A stretch of DNA of 64,000 nt from Hormiphora californensis (taxonomy: Eukaryota; Animalia; Ctenophora). The DNA lies in NCBI GenBank assembly GCA_020137815.1, contig CM035351.1, positions 4,650,001 to 4,714,000 on the forward strand, in the 5' to 3' direction. Positions 49,227 to 62,492 of the stretch are shown here, piece after piece. A model generated the notes under the pieces. That model was not told where the DNA came from. It did not search any database and saw only the letters and a list, made by a program, of their open reading frames with translations. A program made the position numbers and the translations under genes. The first letter of the stretch is position 1; each line of letters starts with the position of its first letter.

Positions 49227-50019
49227 GGGACGTCGCTGGGGCCTGGGCCTTCGGCCCAGTGCGTACCTGTGCGTGCAGGGGCCTTGGGCGGCAGCCCGGG
49301 TCAGGGGGAGTGGGCTGTGAAAACCCCCCGGCAGAGCCCCCGCAAGCAGGGTCCAGGGGCTGCAAGCCCCGGTGGGGCCTGGGGGCCGAGGGGGCGATTT
49401 TTGAATTTTCAAACAAAAAAGTTCAAATTTCAAAAGTTTGAAAAAAAGTTGGCTCCATTGCAACCTATTCTCGCTCCGCGAAGAATAGGCTCCCGGCCTG
49501 TGGACAGCAAGAACTCACGTGTGCGCGATGTAAAGCACGTTTTCAGCAGTGGGACTATCAAATCGCGCGCGATATACTGTTTTAGCAGGCATTTTTAGCC
49601 GACATAGCACTACCAAAACCCCAATTATCGCCTCAATTGGCACTTTGATGTATCGGCGGGTATTTTCCCATACTCACAAGGCCATGACGATTCACCCAGT
49701 ACCCGCAGATTGTCCCAGGACCGAGTAGGAGCTTGCAGCCAGGTCTTTAAAGAATTGCTCATGTTTAGCGTCAATTTTGACCCACTATTCCTCAAATGCT
49801 GATATTCGCGGGTATTTTCCGTAAAACTAGAGACAATTATCTGCCAGGAGCAACAAACGAGATGCAAATCGGTTCAGTAGTTCCTTGCAGCCAGGTCTTT
49901 GAAAAAGTTTGCTCTAAAATCAATAACGCGCCGGAGGCCTAGATGTGAGATCGATCTCGGTCGCTGCGCGACCTCGATCTCACTCAGGCATCAATGCAAA
50001 TGTGGCCAAGAAAAAAAGG

Positions 50020-50358
50020 TTGGCAAACGTTGCTGCGCCACGCGCAGCGCGGGATAAGGCAGCGCTTTTCAAAAAAAAAGGCGGCCACAAAAAACTGCAA
50101 ATGCAAAATAAGTGTAACGCGCGGGCAGCGCGGCGTTAAATGCACCGCAGCGTTTAATTCATTTCGCGCCATCCATACAATGCGTCGATACGACTCGGAT
50201 CGGGATCTCGATCGGGCTTGCATGGCAAGCGCTTGATGAAATTTTCGGAATTTCAAAAAATCTTTAAAATTTTTCTCTTTGAAAATGCCAAACTTGAAAA
50301 GCGCTGCCTTATCCCGCGCTGCGCGTGGCGCAGAACAGGGGCCAGCAACGTTTGCCAA
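50020..50358. repeat. Inverted-repeat module ttggcaaacgttgctg...gggataaggcagcgcttttcaa
   Basis: Forward at 50020, reverse at ~50293-50358; related single copies at 12462 and 41273. Confidence 0.75.
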
Positions 50359-50532
50359 ATGCCAAACGGAACCCTTTACCCTTGCACTCGTCACATGTGA
50401 CCCATATGCCGCGTCGCCATTTGTCATACTATTGTTCTCTTTGCCTCTGATTAGTGATCTCTTGGTGCGGAAAACAAAACACGTGTCATTTGAGCTGGGC
50501 TCCATTCCCCTCAGTTCCTCTAAAACACTGTA

Positions 50533-51719
50533 CAGGGTGTCCCACTGTCTTTGCATCACCTGTGATTTTGGGTGATGAGTGGCTTCCATTCAAATGCTCA
50601 TAACTCATCGAAAAATAAGTCAAAACGGCTCAACCAAAAACAGTGTTGTAGAGAATTGTCAGGCGAACATTTGAGTACAAGATTGATATTCCAAGTCTTA
50701 CCAACCGTCAGATATATCGTCTTAAAGTCAAAAGTATGTGTTCATGAAATCCGACCGGGGTTCACGTTTTGAAAAATTCACAAATGCAAAGTTGCTCGGA
50801 TCACATTGCATCCCTCATAAGAGTTGTAGGAAATTGTCTGGCGGTCATTTTGGTACCCAGGTTTTTGTCCTAGCTCAATATTTAGAGTGTCTTATGACTG
50901 TCTAAAGACGAAATTCAACCAACATTTTTGAGGGGATCACGTGTCATCAACAAATGGGTAAAATGGTTTGAAATTTATAAGAGCTTCATTGGAATCGTCT
51001 AAGGTTCATTTTGATACCATGATTTTTTCCATAGCTCTACGTTTTAGTTGCGTTATGACTGTAGGAACATAAAGATTTTTCTACGCTGAGTCTTGGTTGG
51101 TATCGGCTCACAACGCCTAATTAGGTGGCTCGGTGTCGTGTGTAATCCCATGATAATCAGCACATATCGTCTCAATTTCATCTAGACACTTGACAGGGTT
51201 GTTATGACGATTTGGCAAGGCCCCTGTTAATGTGTAGGATACGCATGTGGTCTATCTCAACCCTATCATGCACTAAGATGTTATTCAAGCAGCAATGAGC
51301 TTCATAACAGGGCAAAATGTAATGAGATACCTGAGACCACTTTTGTGAAAATTCGAGTTCTGACAGTCATAAGACACTCTAAACATTGAGCTAGGACAAA
51401 AACCCGGGTACCAAAATGACCGCCAGACAATTTCCTACAACTCTTATGAGGGATGCAATGTGATCCGAGCAACTTTGCATTTGTGAATTTTTCAAAACGT
51501 GAACCCCGGTCGGATTTCATGAACACATACTTTTGATTTTAAGACGAAATATCTGACGGTTGGTAAGACTTGTAACATCAATCTTGTACTCAAATGTTCG
51601 CCTGACAATTCTCTACAACACTGTTTTTGGTTGAGCCGTTTTGACCTATTTTTCGATGAGTTATGAGCATTTGAATGGAAGCCACTCATCACCCAAAATC
51701 ACAGGTGATGCAAAGACAG
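50533..51719. mobile_element. Mariner-like MITE family A, copy 3 (right tip truncated)
   Basis: TA|CAGGGTGTCCCACTG; highly similar to 3136-4334. Confidence 0.9.
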
Positions 51720-52261
51720 ATGGTACCTTCACAGTGATCTTATTCGATCGATGTTACCTGTTGCATTTCCTAACAGATTCCGGACATAGGTACAGACTAC
51801 AGGCAGATTTGCTGTTTGCTTAACATCTTCCCAGTCTGTCGGGCCCTTAGAATCTAAGGCTTAGATACGTTCAAGATTCTGCTGGGCCGTTGGCTAGACC
51901 ACTTCCCTGACAATCCAATTCTATCATGGGCTGGGTTTTGACTTTTGGGGATGCTGAAAAGACTGACACCAGACACGATACTGTAATAAAGTATACTTAT
52001 CAAGTTTTTATCAAGGCTCTCACGCCGAGCCTGACAGACTGCGTAGCATGGCAACTGTTCGCATTTAATACATCTTAAAATATTCATTTTTCAATGTTGA
52101 TTTCGAATATTTAATTCACATCATTTCGAAGAATAATCAACGACTAATTGTTCTTCGAAATATCATGTTGAGTAGTCTTGAAGTATTTGTCACAACTAGA
52201 ACTGCTGATTATTTCCTGTCTGACAAATTCCCAGTGTATTATTATAGGCTGTAGGTTCGAT

Positions 52262-55253
52262 ATGTCAACCAACTGGGCAACATCACCCGGATCGGTCATT
52301 GACTCCAATTCGTACATGGGTAACGACAGTAAGATTTTAAGAGAACGGAAATTTGAGCAACAACGAATGTTGCAACAACAGCGCCAGCAGCAAAAAAGAC
52401 AGGTATGTGTCCTGTGATGAGAGCTTGTTTGGTTATTTCTTGTATTGCGTTGAACATCACCTGTTATTTGTTGTTTTGCAACCAAATTAACACGTGTTTT
52501 GTCCGTTACAGGCTACTGGTATGGTGATACCAAACACGTTAGCAATTAACGAATCCCTCGCCCGTCCCTCCTCCGGGGGAGGTATGCGAGATGAGTTCGC
52601 TCATGTCACATCCGAGCCCCAGAAGAAGTCAACAGAGACTGCACCGCAAAGCGTGGCGGAAAAACTAGCCGCCATGGGGATATCATCTAACGTCGACTTC
52701 TCCAGCAAACCCAAGTCAGCAGAGGTGAAGGAGCAAGAGAGTTCCAAGCCGGGTACCCCTAATGTTCCCTACACAGAGGAAGATTTTCAACCGGTTGCCC
52801 CAGCACCCGGGTTCACAGATGCCCGGCCAGCGACTGCCTCACGACCTTCGACAGCCAAATCATTGGGGCCTAACAACCCATATCCTGACTTCCCATCACT
52901 CAATGAAAAGGTCCGTTTGATACAGTCAACTACACCATAAATCACTTCATTTACTTCCTTATTTGTATAGGTATGAGTTCTTGAAAAGTTCGAATTTTTA
53001 ATTGTGCTTCCCATGTTGAACTCACTAAACCCCACCAGGAGGAGCTAGAGGAGTTCGCGTTGCGTCCCGCTCCCCAGAACAAAGACGTGAAATGTCGGAT
53101 AACCAGAGATAAACGAGGTTTAGATAGGGGCATGTACCCCACCTATTATCTTCACCTGGAGAGAGAGGACCACAAGAGGGTATTCCTATTGGCGGGTAGG
53201 CGGAGAAAGAAGTCGAGCACCAGTAACTATCTTATCAGGTTCGTGTTTATAATGATTGTGCTAGCTTTGACAACAACAGAGTGTCCTTCGTATGCTGTTT
53301 GGGGTATGTACTATTTTTAGAGGCTTATCTAGCGCCCTAGTATTATAGCGGTTTTATTCGCAATATCAGATAGTCAGATACAGGCATTGACTAACAATAG
53401 ATTTCAAAAAATATATCTATGTATTCGCGATATATAATGCTCCAATTAGATATCTCTGTGAGCTATTGCTGTTCCGAATTGTGGGGAGGGTCAAGCTCTG
53501 ATAACACCATCCCCCTTTAGCGCTGACCCTACTGATCTAGATAGGGCAGGGGAGAGAAGATAGGGGGGGACAACTAGGAAGAGACCAGCTTGGGCGCTGG
53601 TACCAAGTTCACCATATATGGTAGTGGGCTGAATCCAATAAAGCCACCAAAAGCTGGCCCCGATGGGACTGTGACATATCGAGAGGTGGGTGTAATTGCT
53701 ACACACCCTAGATCTACACCATTCCCTACTTAGTCAAATCAATATTTAAATATCAACAAATATATGAGTATATCAGAAATATATATATCATACATAGTAT
53801 CGTTATGGTATACGATACGATTCAACCTCTCATTATTTACTAACTCCCCCCCCCCCCCCTCGCCCAGGGGTACAGCAGTGGGACAGTCCAAAGTCCAGGA
53901 TTTAAGAGGGAGCCCCCGTAGGATTGACAGTCCTAATTCTGGAATGCGGGGTTGGACACGAGAGGGTGGAAAAAAAAAATGGAAGGAAAATGGGGAAAAG
54001 GGGGAAAAGGAGGGGGGGAAGAGGGGAAATCCATAAAGAGGGGGAAACCTATTAGGACCCTCTACTTTGTTCCTCGGGGGGCAATTTTTTTGGATTGCGG
54101 ACTTTTCAACCATTAATGAACCTGCCAGGACGGAAGGAAGGGGCCGGAGGTAAAGTTTAAGGGAATAAAATTCCCCCACCACGGATGATTTTTGGTTTAA
54201 ATTAATAACCTTCCGGGAAAAAAGCTATTTAAATTATCTCGAAAAAACCGTTAAGGGGGAAGGGGCCGACTGTTAACATAAAAAGAGAAAAGGAGAAGGA
54301 GGGAAAGGGAGCTTAAAATTTAAAGGTTTGTAAAAAATTTTAACTAAAATTTTTTTCCCCAAACCCCCTTTATCGTTTGGTTTGTTTTTTCCCCCCCGGG
54401 CGTTGGGGTTTCCCCCCCTTCTTTTCCGAGAATTTTTTTTAAAAAATTTAATGCTCTTCCCCTTGTTTAGGTTAATCGCCTTTTTGGGGGAAATTTTAAT
54501 TTCCTTTTGCCCCCTTTTTACCCTTTGGCAGGGTGGAGAATAAATCCCCCTCTTTTACTTTCCTATACCCCTTCTTCTTTCCCTCCATCTCTTCCAGTAA
54601 TCCAGAATCAACAAAATAGCCTTATTTTTTAAATTTTTGGGAATATGGCATTAAGGGGTAAAAAATCCTTATTATTTGTAACAGCCCAAACGGGGGGGGT
54701 TTTCCCCTTATTTTTAATAGAGTTAGTTTTAACAAACAATCCAAAGGGCCTTTAAACCACCAATGGAACTTAACTTTCGTCCTAGTAGTTTTTAAAGGAA
54801 AAAAGGGCCGAAAAAAAAACCCGGAAATTTGAAATTTTACCTTAAAAAAGTTTTCAAAATTTTTTTAAAGGGTTTATTTAAAATTAATGAAACGCTCAAT
54901 CTTCCTAGGAATGTAGTGACACTACAAATACCAACGGACTTAATCATCTCAAGACCGATGGAACCCTGGGTTGCTAGAAGGGTCACCAAACACTAAAGTG
55001 TTCCTGTATGGTTCTAGTGTAAGGCCTCACGAGGAGCAGGGAGAGAGAAATCTACGAATGGAGAAAAAGGACGGCAGACAGAAAACTAGGGCGGAGGGGA
55101 AAGCGGGGTAGAACGGAGAGTGAATGGAAGGACAGGTAAAAGAGAAGTAGAGCTCTAAGTAGAGGAGTCAAGATCGATAAACTACAAGAATGAGACGAAA
55201 GAGTTGGATCTATCATGATAGAAGTCGAGACGATAGATAGTCTGTCTCCCTAC

Positions 55254-55342
<89 letters not shown>

Positions 55343-56554
55343 TTCTCTCTCTCTCTTTCTTACTATCAAGTCTCCAGAGCTCTCTCAAACACACTCAAGC
55401 ACGTACAATTACACACTCATCAGCATGAATCACTGGATTATTCATTCATTTCATCAGCATAACCAATCCCTTATCTAGTCTGTAACACATTGAAACCAGG
55501 ACAGTGCTAATTTCAGACCTCTTCATTTATCTTAACTATTGATTAAGAAATTTGTAACGGGTAAAAATTGCTGAAACCTCTCAGATCAGCACCTACTCCC
55601 ACCAATGCGAGGACGCTAAACACTCATCGTGTCCTAAGATGATGTTGAGTTTTCGTCCCAGGCTAGAAATGCAGGCAAAAATAAACCCGGAAATGAACAT
55701 GTTTCACCTCATGCAAACAGTTCAACTACCATTCTTTTATTAGGTCTCAATAATGGTAATAAAGAATGGCCTGAATACACGTGGATTATAATAGGATATT
55801 TAGTTAACTAGCACTTATTAGTTTTAGAAACTCTAACCATTCACTCTCTGTCCCTCTCTTTTTTCCTCCCTCTCCTATCCCCTCCTCTTCTCTCTCCTCT
55901 CTCTCTCCTTGCTCGATTTCGCATCCTAGCTCACACAGTAGCCTGAGCACACATAATGAATAACACGCTTGGCATAATAGACTCTATCTGGTTACCATGG
56001 AAACATCCACACACGCAGCTGCTCAACTCTTCTCTCTTGCAAGTACTCCCTCTAACTTTCTCCCTCTCCTTCTCTTTACAACTTACTCCCTCTCTCTCCC
56101 CCTGTCTTTTATTATAATAACCTCTCTTATTTCTGAACATTAAATAATCTCGATTAAATTACTTCCTTCATTACCGTTTGCTTTTCGTATGTATACAGTC
56201 AGATCTATTCGGATTTACCGGAGCCTTGATTTGGATTATTCCATATGTCCGGACGGATATCAATGAGATTTCACCTCGATAAACCTTCTCCCATCCCCTC
56301 CTAGCACTCCCCTCCTCTCCTAGCACTTCCCTCCCCGGCCCCCAATATTACTGCCTCATCTAACTCTTCCTTCCCTCCAGGCATCAGTAAAGAATTTCCA
56401 GATAATCCACGACAACGATCCGGACTACATTGTGATGCAATTCGGGCGGGTCTCTGACGAAGTATTCACCATGGACTTTAGATACCCCCTGTGTGCTCTC
56501 CAGGCTTTTGCCATAGCTCTCTCATCCTTCGATGGGAAGATAGCTTGCGAGTGA
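52262..56554 (+). CDS. Tubby-like protein; middle exons garbled by sequence errors
   Basis: [33 protein letters not shown]...[18 protein letters not shown]; last exon ASVKNFQI...QFGRV...[29 protein letters not shown]. Confidence 0.92.
55259..55356. repeat. (CT)n microsatellite
   Basis: Read directly. Confidence 0.95.
55991..56004. promoter_or_regulatory. RFX X-box consensus match
   Basis: GTTACCATGGAAAC fits GTTNCCATGGNAAC. Confidence 0.4.
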
Positions 56555-57754
56555 GGGACGGACGGGGTGTTAGTACAGAGGGACATAGGAACTCTGGATC
56601 AAAATAGAGAGTGTGGGACAATAAGTCATCATTTGTGTAACTTATGTTTGTCTAAAGTGTTTGATTTATCATTGATTTTAGTTAAACCATCTAAAACTTA
56701 AGGGAAAAGAGTGAGATTAATGAGAGTAATTTTATTGATAGCAGGTTCTATCTTGAATATAATAAAGCACACTGTACCGGAGGAAGGATAATTTCAAAGC
56801 TCTTAATTTGAGTGGCGGAGAATCATTTGAGGGTGGTATGTGTGTGTACTGTGTGCGTTTCATTTTGTGTCCGTGTGTGTCTCTGAAAAGATAGGGATAG
56901 GTTTGATAGAGAGGGATCTTAGCTAATGGAAAAAGTCGTAAGTGGGAGATAATGCTGTTTCTAGAGAAAACATCTCTCCCTCAGACATTAATGGGTGGTG
57001 ATGTGATGTTTTTCAAATCCCCAGAGAAAATTGCTGTGTACATATATTCTTTTTGGATTCAAAACCATGATATTCTGCGTTATTCTGTCTTTCTGGAAGT
57101 CGTTAGTAAGTATGTGTAATCAGAAGGTGCTAATGCAAAATAATGATAATATATATTCTGCCGAAATGGAACCATCCCTCTAAAGTTCTTGAGTAATGGC
57201 GTTTCGAGTGCCATGGAGTGGCTTATATAACTGTGATGGAACGCGCGGAGAGTTCAACATGTCGAAAGTCGCCAGCGTGTATATTTTGTGTGACTGCCCC
57301 GAGGAAGCAATAAAATAGCGCGCAAAATGGGATAAGATTAAGCGCTGACAAGCGTCAGAAGACCGGGGGAACTTGGAATTTAGACCTGTTAGACACCCCC
57401 TGTTGTTCTGATTGTGTCCAAACTGACATTCCGATAACACCCGGTTAAATTCCTAACTGTTTGGCTGTAATTGTACCCAATATATCAGAGAACATGATTA
57501 GTTTGAGTTTCCCATACTCAAATTAAGTCACGTGACTAAAGTTGATTACAGAGACGTCTCTTATGGCAACGTGAGACTCATTAGACCCTACACCGTCACC
57601 TCCAGCCCAGTTAATATGCAGATTGGAGGCCAATTAGGGCCCCCAATTAACTGGGAACACACCTCTCAGGTTCTAATTGGAATTCCACCACTGGGCCTAT
57701 AAGGGGAGAAATCCCACTCAGTAGTTGAACACTTTGTACCTAACTATTTTTGTT

Positions 57755-58366
57755 ATGAGTCTGTCGAGTGCCTACTTTTACAGCCAACTAGAGGAGCTAG
57801 CAGCAAAGCAGGACCACCGATTGAAGCACGCAGCATCACTTGAAACCCCGTCCCCGGGCGAGAGAGACAGTGAGAGTTCAGAAGAGGTGGCATCCGTTCC
57901 GGACCAGGATTGCAGAGAGGAGATACAATCAGACCACCCCTTCCTGAAGTATGCCGTGAAACTTGGATACGAGGAGGCCCTTGCCCAGGATGCCCTGTCT
58001 CGGTTAGGAGTATCAGCAACCACGGATTCCCTTCTCAAAGCGGTGTTATACAGTTACGCGGCCCTAAACCCTAGTAGACGAAGCAGACAACAGCGGAGGT
58101 TTGGGGGAAGGGGTTACCATAGCAACGGTTACCACCAACATCAGAGAAGAAATGGTCATGGTTACCCTTCCTATATGACTATACAGGACAGCTATCAGAG
58201 GCTGAATGGGCATCATCCAGATGTTAGCGCACTGAAGGCAGCACTACAGAATGGCCGGACAAGGGATGATAACTTGAATGTTAATGCTCCCATCTTTCAA
58301 CCATCCCATCCCTTTTCAGGACAGTTCTCTTCACCAGAGGACCTCTACCTGTCAGGGTCAAATTAG
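57755..58366 (+). CDS. Intronless ~203-aa protein with a Regnase-type UBA-like domain and no RNase domain
   Basis: LKYAVKLGYEEALAQDALSRLGVSATTDSLLKAVL resembles the ZC3H12 N-terminal UBA; TATA-like cctataagggg at ~57697. Confidence 0.6.
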   Translation: MSLSSAYFYSQLEELAAKQDHRLKHAASLETPSPGERDSESSEEVASVPDQDCREEIQSDHPFLKYAVKLGYEEALAQDALSRLGVSATTDSLLKAVLYSYAALNPSRRSRQQRRFGGRGYHSNGYHQHQRRNGHGYPSYMTIQDSYQRLNGHHPDVSALKAALQNGRTRDDNLNVNAPIFQPSHPFSGQFSSPEDLYLSGSN

Positions 58367-58968
58367 AGACAATCAGAGTGTGTTATCAGAGAGAGAGAGA
58401 TAGACAATCAGAGAGAGAATGAAGTCAGAGACAGTTGTATTTAACTTATTCGAAATGACAGTCACATAATTCCTCAGAGGCAAAATGACAGACATATGTT
58501 ACCATGGTTACCATGCGAGGTTGTATATGAACCGTTTTTATTACCCCAGTTTAACTCTTTTAGATAGAGAGAGAAAGAGCGTATCATATTATTCATGTAT
58601 ATTGAGCTCATTTTACCACGTTTTTATGTGCAATGAAAAGGGATACTGTACACAACTTAAATAACAAAACAAAAACATGTCTATATCTTTGTTCCTTTCG
58701 CAGTACTAAATAAACTCGCAAGAAAAATAAACAGAGGCACCCCCTCTCCACACACCATGTCTCCCTAACTGATTGAACTGTTCGTACTGCCTTCACACTT
58801 GACATTTCCATTAACTGAGGACTCAATGAGAATCAATACTCTCCACTCTCCAGTACTCATGACCTGCCAGGTACTCTGTAATATCATTTGATCAAAAATA
58901 TCTCGCTCTCCCTCTCTCCTTCTCCCTCTCTCTTTATCTTTCTCTCTCTGGAAACAAGGTGGCCCATT

Positions 58969-61900
58969 TTACATGGAGGCGTTGTATTTGTAGGCGTAGT
59001 CTGCCTTGTTGTGCATCACAAGCTGATCATCCACAAAGTAGAAACTGTCCGATTTTGTCGAGAAAGGGTTATCCACCATGTCCTTCACTGTAAGAGGGGG
59101 AGAGAGGAACTGGGTTAGTGGTTACGATCAGTTAGAGGAGAGAGTCACTGGGTTACAATCGGTTAGAAGTGGGAAGTGGGATGATGGGGAGAGAGGAACT
59201 GGGTTACAATCGGTTAGAAGTGGGAAGTGGGAAGATAGGGAGAGAGTCACTGGGTTACGATCGGTTAGAAGTGGGATGATGGGGAGAGAGTCACTGGGTT
59301 ACGATCGGTTAGAAGTGGGAAGGGAGATTGGTTGGTATCGAAGACACCTCACACCCTGTTTAGGTCGCCGGGCGACCTTCGCGTGCGCTGGCAAGGGGTA
59401 ACTTCGTAACCAAGGAGATTGGGGAGAAAAAGTTGAACAACTGAATTCCTTCAACCCCCCCCCCCCCTAGAACTACCAGTTTGGTTTGGTCATCTAGGAC
59501 TGTGAACAAAGTGAAAGTCTCTCCGACCGGGCGGGACATCATCCTTTCGGAATAACCAGATCATATTCTAACATAATAACCTTGCTCTATATATAGTGCT
59601 CACGAGACAGCATAGTGCCGGGTCATCATCCTTTTGAAATCACCACCAGCTCGTATTTTAACATTTCAGCTCGAAATTACTAATGACTTTGTTTAGCTAT
59701 TTCTATACTGTTTTTGTGAGTTAAAAGTGTAACCATAAGGTGCACCTCTTTCTTAGAAATCCCGTCGATTATCTATCAGAGCATTGGCCTGACCCTATTT
59801 TCTCCTACTAATATGCCTCATAAACGCCATTCTCTCTACCATCCTTACTCGTTTGGATTTTTCTAAAAAATGAAATTATCGGCGATTTTTGCTGCTTGCT
59901 TGTAAGTATTGCATGAAATTAAATTTTAAACATTTTATGCGCTCGATTTTTTCGGGATTACTAAAACTAAATACCCTTTTGATTCAGGTTACTGCTCGCA
60001 TCTCCGGTGTGGTGCGATGGGTCTAACGACTCGCTTGATCCATACTTCATGAACTTTGTCGAAGCCTACCTTTGTTCGGGTAACTCGCTTTGGGTAAATG
60101 ACCTGGAAGGAAAGCTGGCCATCTATAGACCCATCCTGAAACTATTTCGAATAGTGGCCTGCGAAAAAAGACGCTCCACATTTGAGGAGGAATCGGAATT
60201 TTTGGAGGACCTGCATCAACAACTTTTGGGCATCAAAGATGTGAAAGTGTGTCTTTTCAATGCTGTACAGGATTGGATAAAGAACGTGATGTGTGATGTA
60301 CCCACTCAACGGTATGAAATAAGAAATGGCAAAGAGAGATGCGTTACGAATTCATGTACAACGTCTCTGGTCTGGGACAAACTAGCAAAACGTGGAGAGG
60401 ACGTCGCAGGAGGAAGTTTCTGTGTTCAAGAAAAACACAGGAAAAAACGACAATTTGACACATTTTCTTTTTTAGATATGATTAAATCAGCCACTTGTAA
60501 ACGGAATGTAGCAATCTTACTTGATACCGAGTTCAAAAAGATTGTGGAAGAAGGGATTTACGGCAGTTTCAGTTTCAAAAGCGGGATTGACTTCATATGC
60601 TGTATCAGTTCATAACGTGCCACTTTACACTTATCAGTGGTATTGCATGTTATAAGTATTATACTACTAGTTGGTGAAATTTTGAAACTCCGAACTCATC
60701 TAGCAGTAGTGTCGTAGTAGTTCCAAGGGGAAATTAACTAAAAATCTCCCCTTGGAACCAGAGGTTACTGATGCATATGTGTTGAGATTAAGAGAACGAA
60801 TATTATAGATATTAAATCTGATATTCTCTTCGAGAGAAATTTCTTGAACGAAAAGCTTGTGATATCACTGAATCACTGTGAATACAACATGCAAGATGTG
60901 TTAAGTTTGTTCGTTGCAAGCTTGGGAAAGAACGCGCGTGTCGCGCACAAAACCCTACATTCAAACTCAAAATCGGTAGACCCCCTCAACTAAACTCGTT
61001 CCCTTTCCCTCACTTTCGGAACGCCCTGAATCATCAGGTGACGCCCACCCCTACACGATCTCCCTATTGGTTTTCCCTATAATACTTACTGAGCTCGGCT
61101 GAGAGGCCAGGTAGATCGTAGATATGTTCGCATGTGTTCACACTACTGGGCATACAAAACCCAAAATCAAAGTCGAAACTTTTAATGATTTGGTCCTTAA
61201 AATAATGCCGTTCAATCATCCGGAAGTTGTTGATTGGCTTCTCACCAATCGTGAACTCAACACTGAAAAAGAAGGAATATATCAGTTTCAAAAAGTTTCA
61301 ATGAGAAAGAAATGAAAAATGTGAAACTATGGATCTCACTCCAAAATCAGGGACTGTGTTTGGTAATGAAATTCCCCCTCTGCGCAATAATAGGGGTGAC
61401 TTCGTAACCAAGGACTGTGTCTACTCACGTTGCGCCGATTTGCTTGAGTTTCAGAAACTCGGGAGGAAACTCGTATCTGACATATCGTCCAGCGTTGGGG
61501 TCAGACGACAAGATCTCTGTAGCACCCTGGGGTTTGGCAATCTCAAATAGCACCACTCCAGACTCGATATCTCGTATCTTGAACTTTGTAAAGTCAATCT
61601 TGTGTGTGTTGGCCGTGATAGGACATAAGTAATCTGGGGAGAAGGATATTTGGGTTTAGTTACAAAAGTCATGAGATTAAAAGTAGATTATACAAACCAA
61701 CCAGCTACTAAACCAGAGATTTGGGGAAGATTTTTAACCGCCTGACGCTTCCTTCTCAATTATTTCAAAACCATCTTCATTCTAACAACTTGATTGATGA
61801 TTCTAATTTATCATCGATCCCTTCTCCCAACCCCTCCCCGAACCCAACCCCCCTAGTTGTGTACCTGATGTGATTCGGTTGAGTTTCAGGACATCCTCTA

Positions 61901-62492
61901 CATTCACGCACTCTTTACTCCTCAACTTGGCCTCATAATCTGCACCGTGCTCCTCTGCCTTCTTTGCCTTCCTTGCTAGGAACCCACCCCTCTTCTTTTC
62001 TAGGGAGAGAGAAGGGAGATGTTAGTATTGGAACCCGCCCCTCTTCTTTTCTAGGGAAAGAAGGGAGATGTTAGAATCATAGTAATGAAACTCGCCCTTT
62101 TTATTTTCTGAGAGAGGGAAAGAGAGAGATGTTTAGTATTAGGTAACGTATGGGAAACCTGCCCTTTATTTTTGTGGGAGATGTTAAGAGATGGGATAGC
62201 AAGAATCTAGTAAACAGCTGCTCGATAATCGACTAACGACCTATATGTTAGGGAGAGGGAAAGAGACCCCAGAAGTATGTGTGTTAGGAGGAGGGGGAAA
62301 GAGACCCCAGAAAAAGTAAATAAAGATGCAGCCACCTGCAGTAAAGTTAATAAAACAGTACATAAGCTATCAGAATAGTGCAAACATAAAAACGTTCACG
62401 AAAAGTATTTAAGTTTGAAAATTACAATCTTGAGAATAAAATAACATGACCTAGAAAAGTTGCTAAACTACAGTCTTCTTACCTGTGCTCAT
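58969..62492 (-). CDS. UNC119: UNC119 lipid-binding chaperone (multi-exon)
   Basis: [10 protein letters not shown]; [32 protein letters not shown]; [21 protein letters not shown]. Confidence 0.95.
59098..59325. repeat. ~41-bp minisatellite near the 3' end of a UNC119 intron
   Basis: gagagag(gaa/tca)ctgggttac.atcggttagaagtggga repeated about 5-6 times. Confidence 0.85.
59870..60615 (+). CDS. Unknown secreted protein nested antisense in a UNC119 intron (exons 59870-59901 and 59988-60615)
   Basis: Splicing TT|gtaagt...ttcag|G gives the signal peptide [20 protein letters not shown] in frame with the 60007 ORF. Confidence 0.75.

Noticed and set aside
53739-54182. ORFs in the homopolymer-rich region
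   Set aside because: They arise from probable sequencing errors in tubby exons.
60450-60615. TGF-beta mature domain after RKKR
   Set aside because: Too short and lacks the cystine-knot cysteine pattern.
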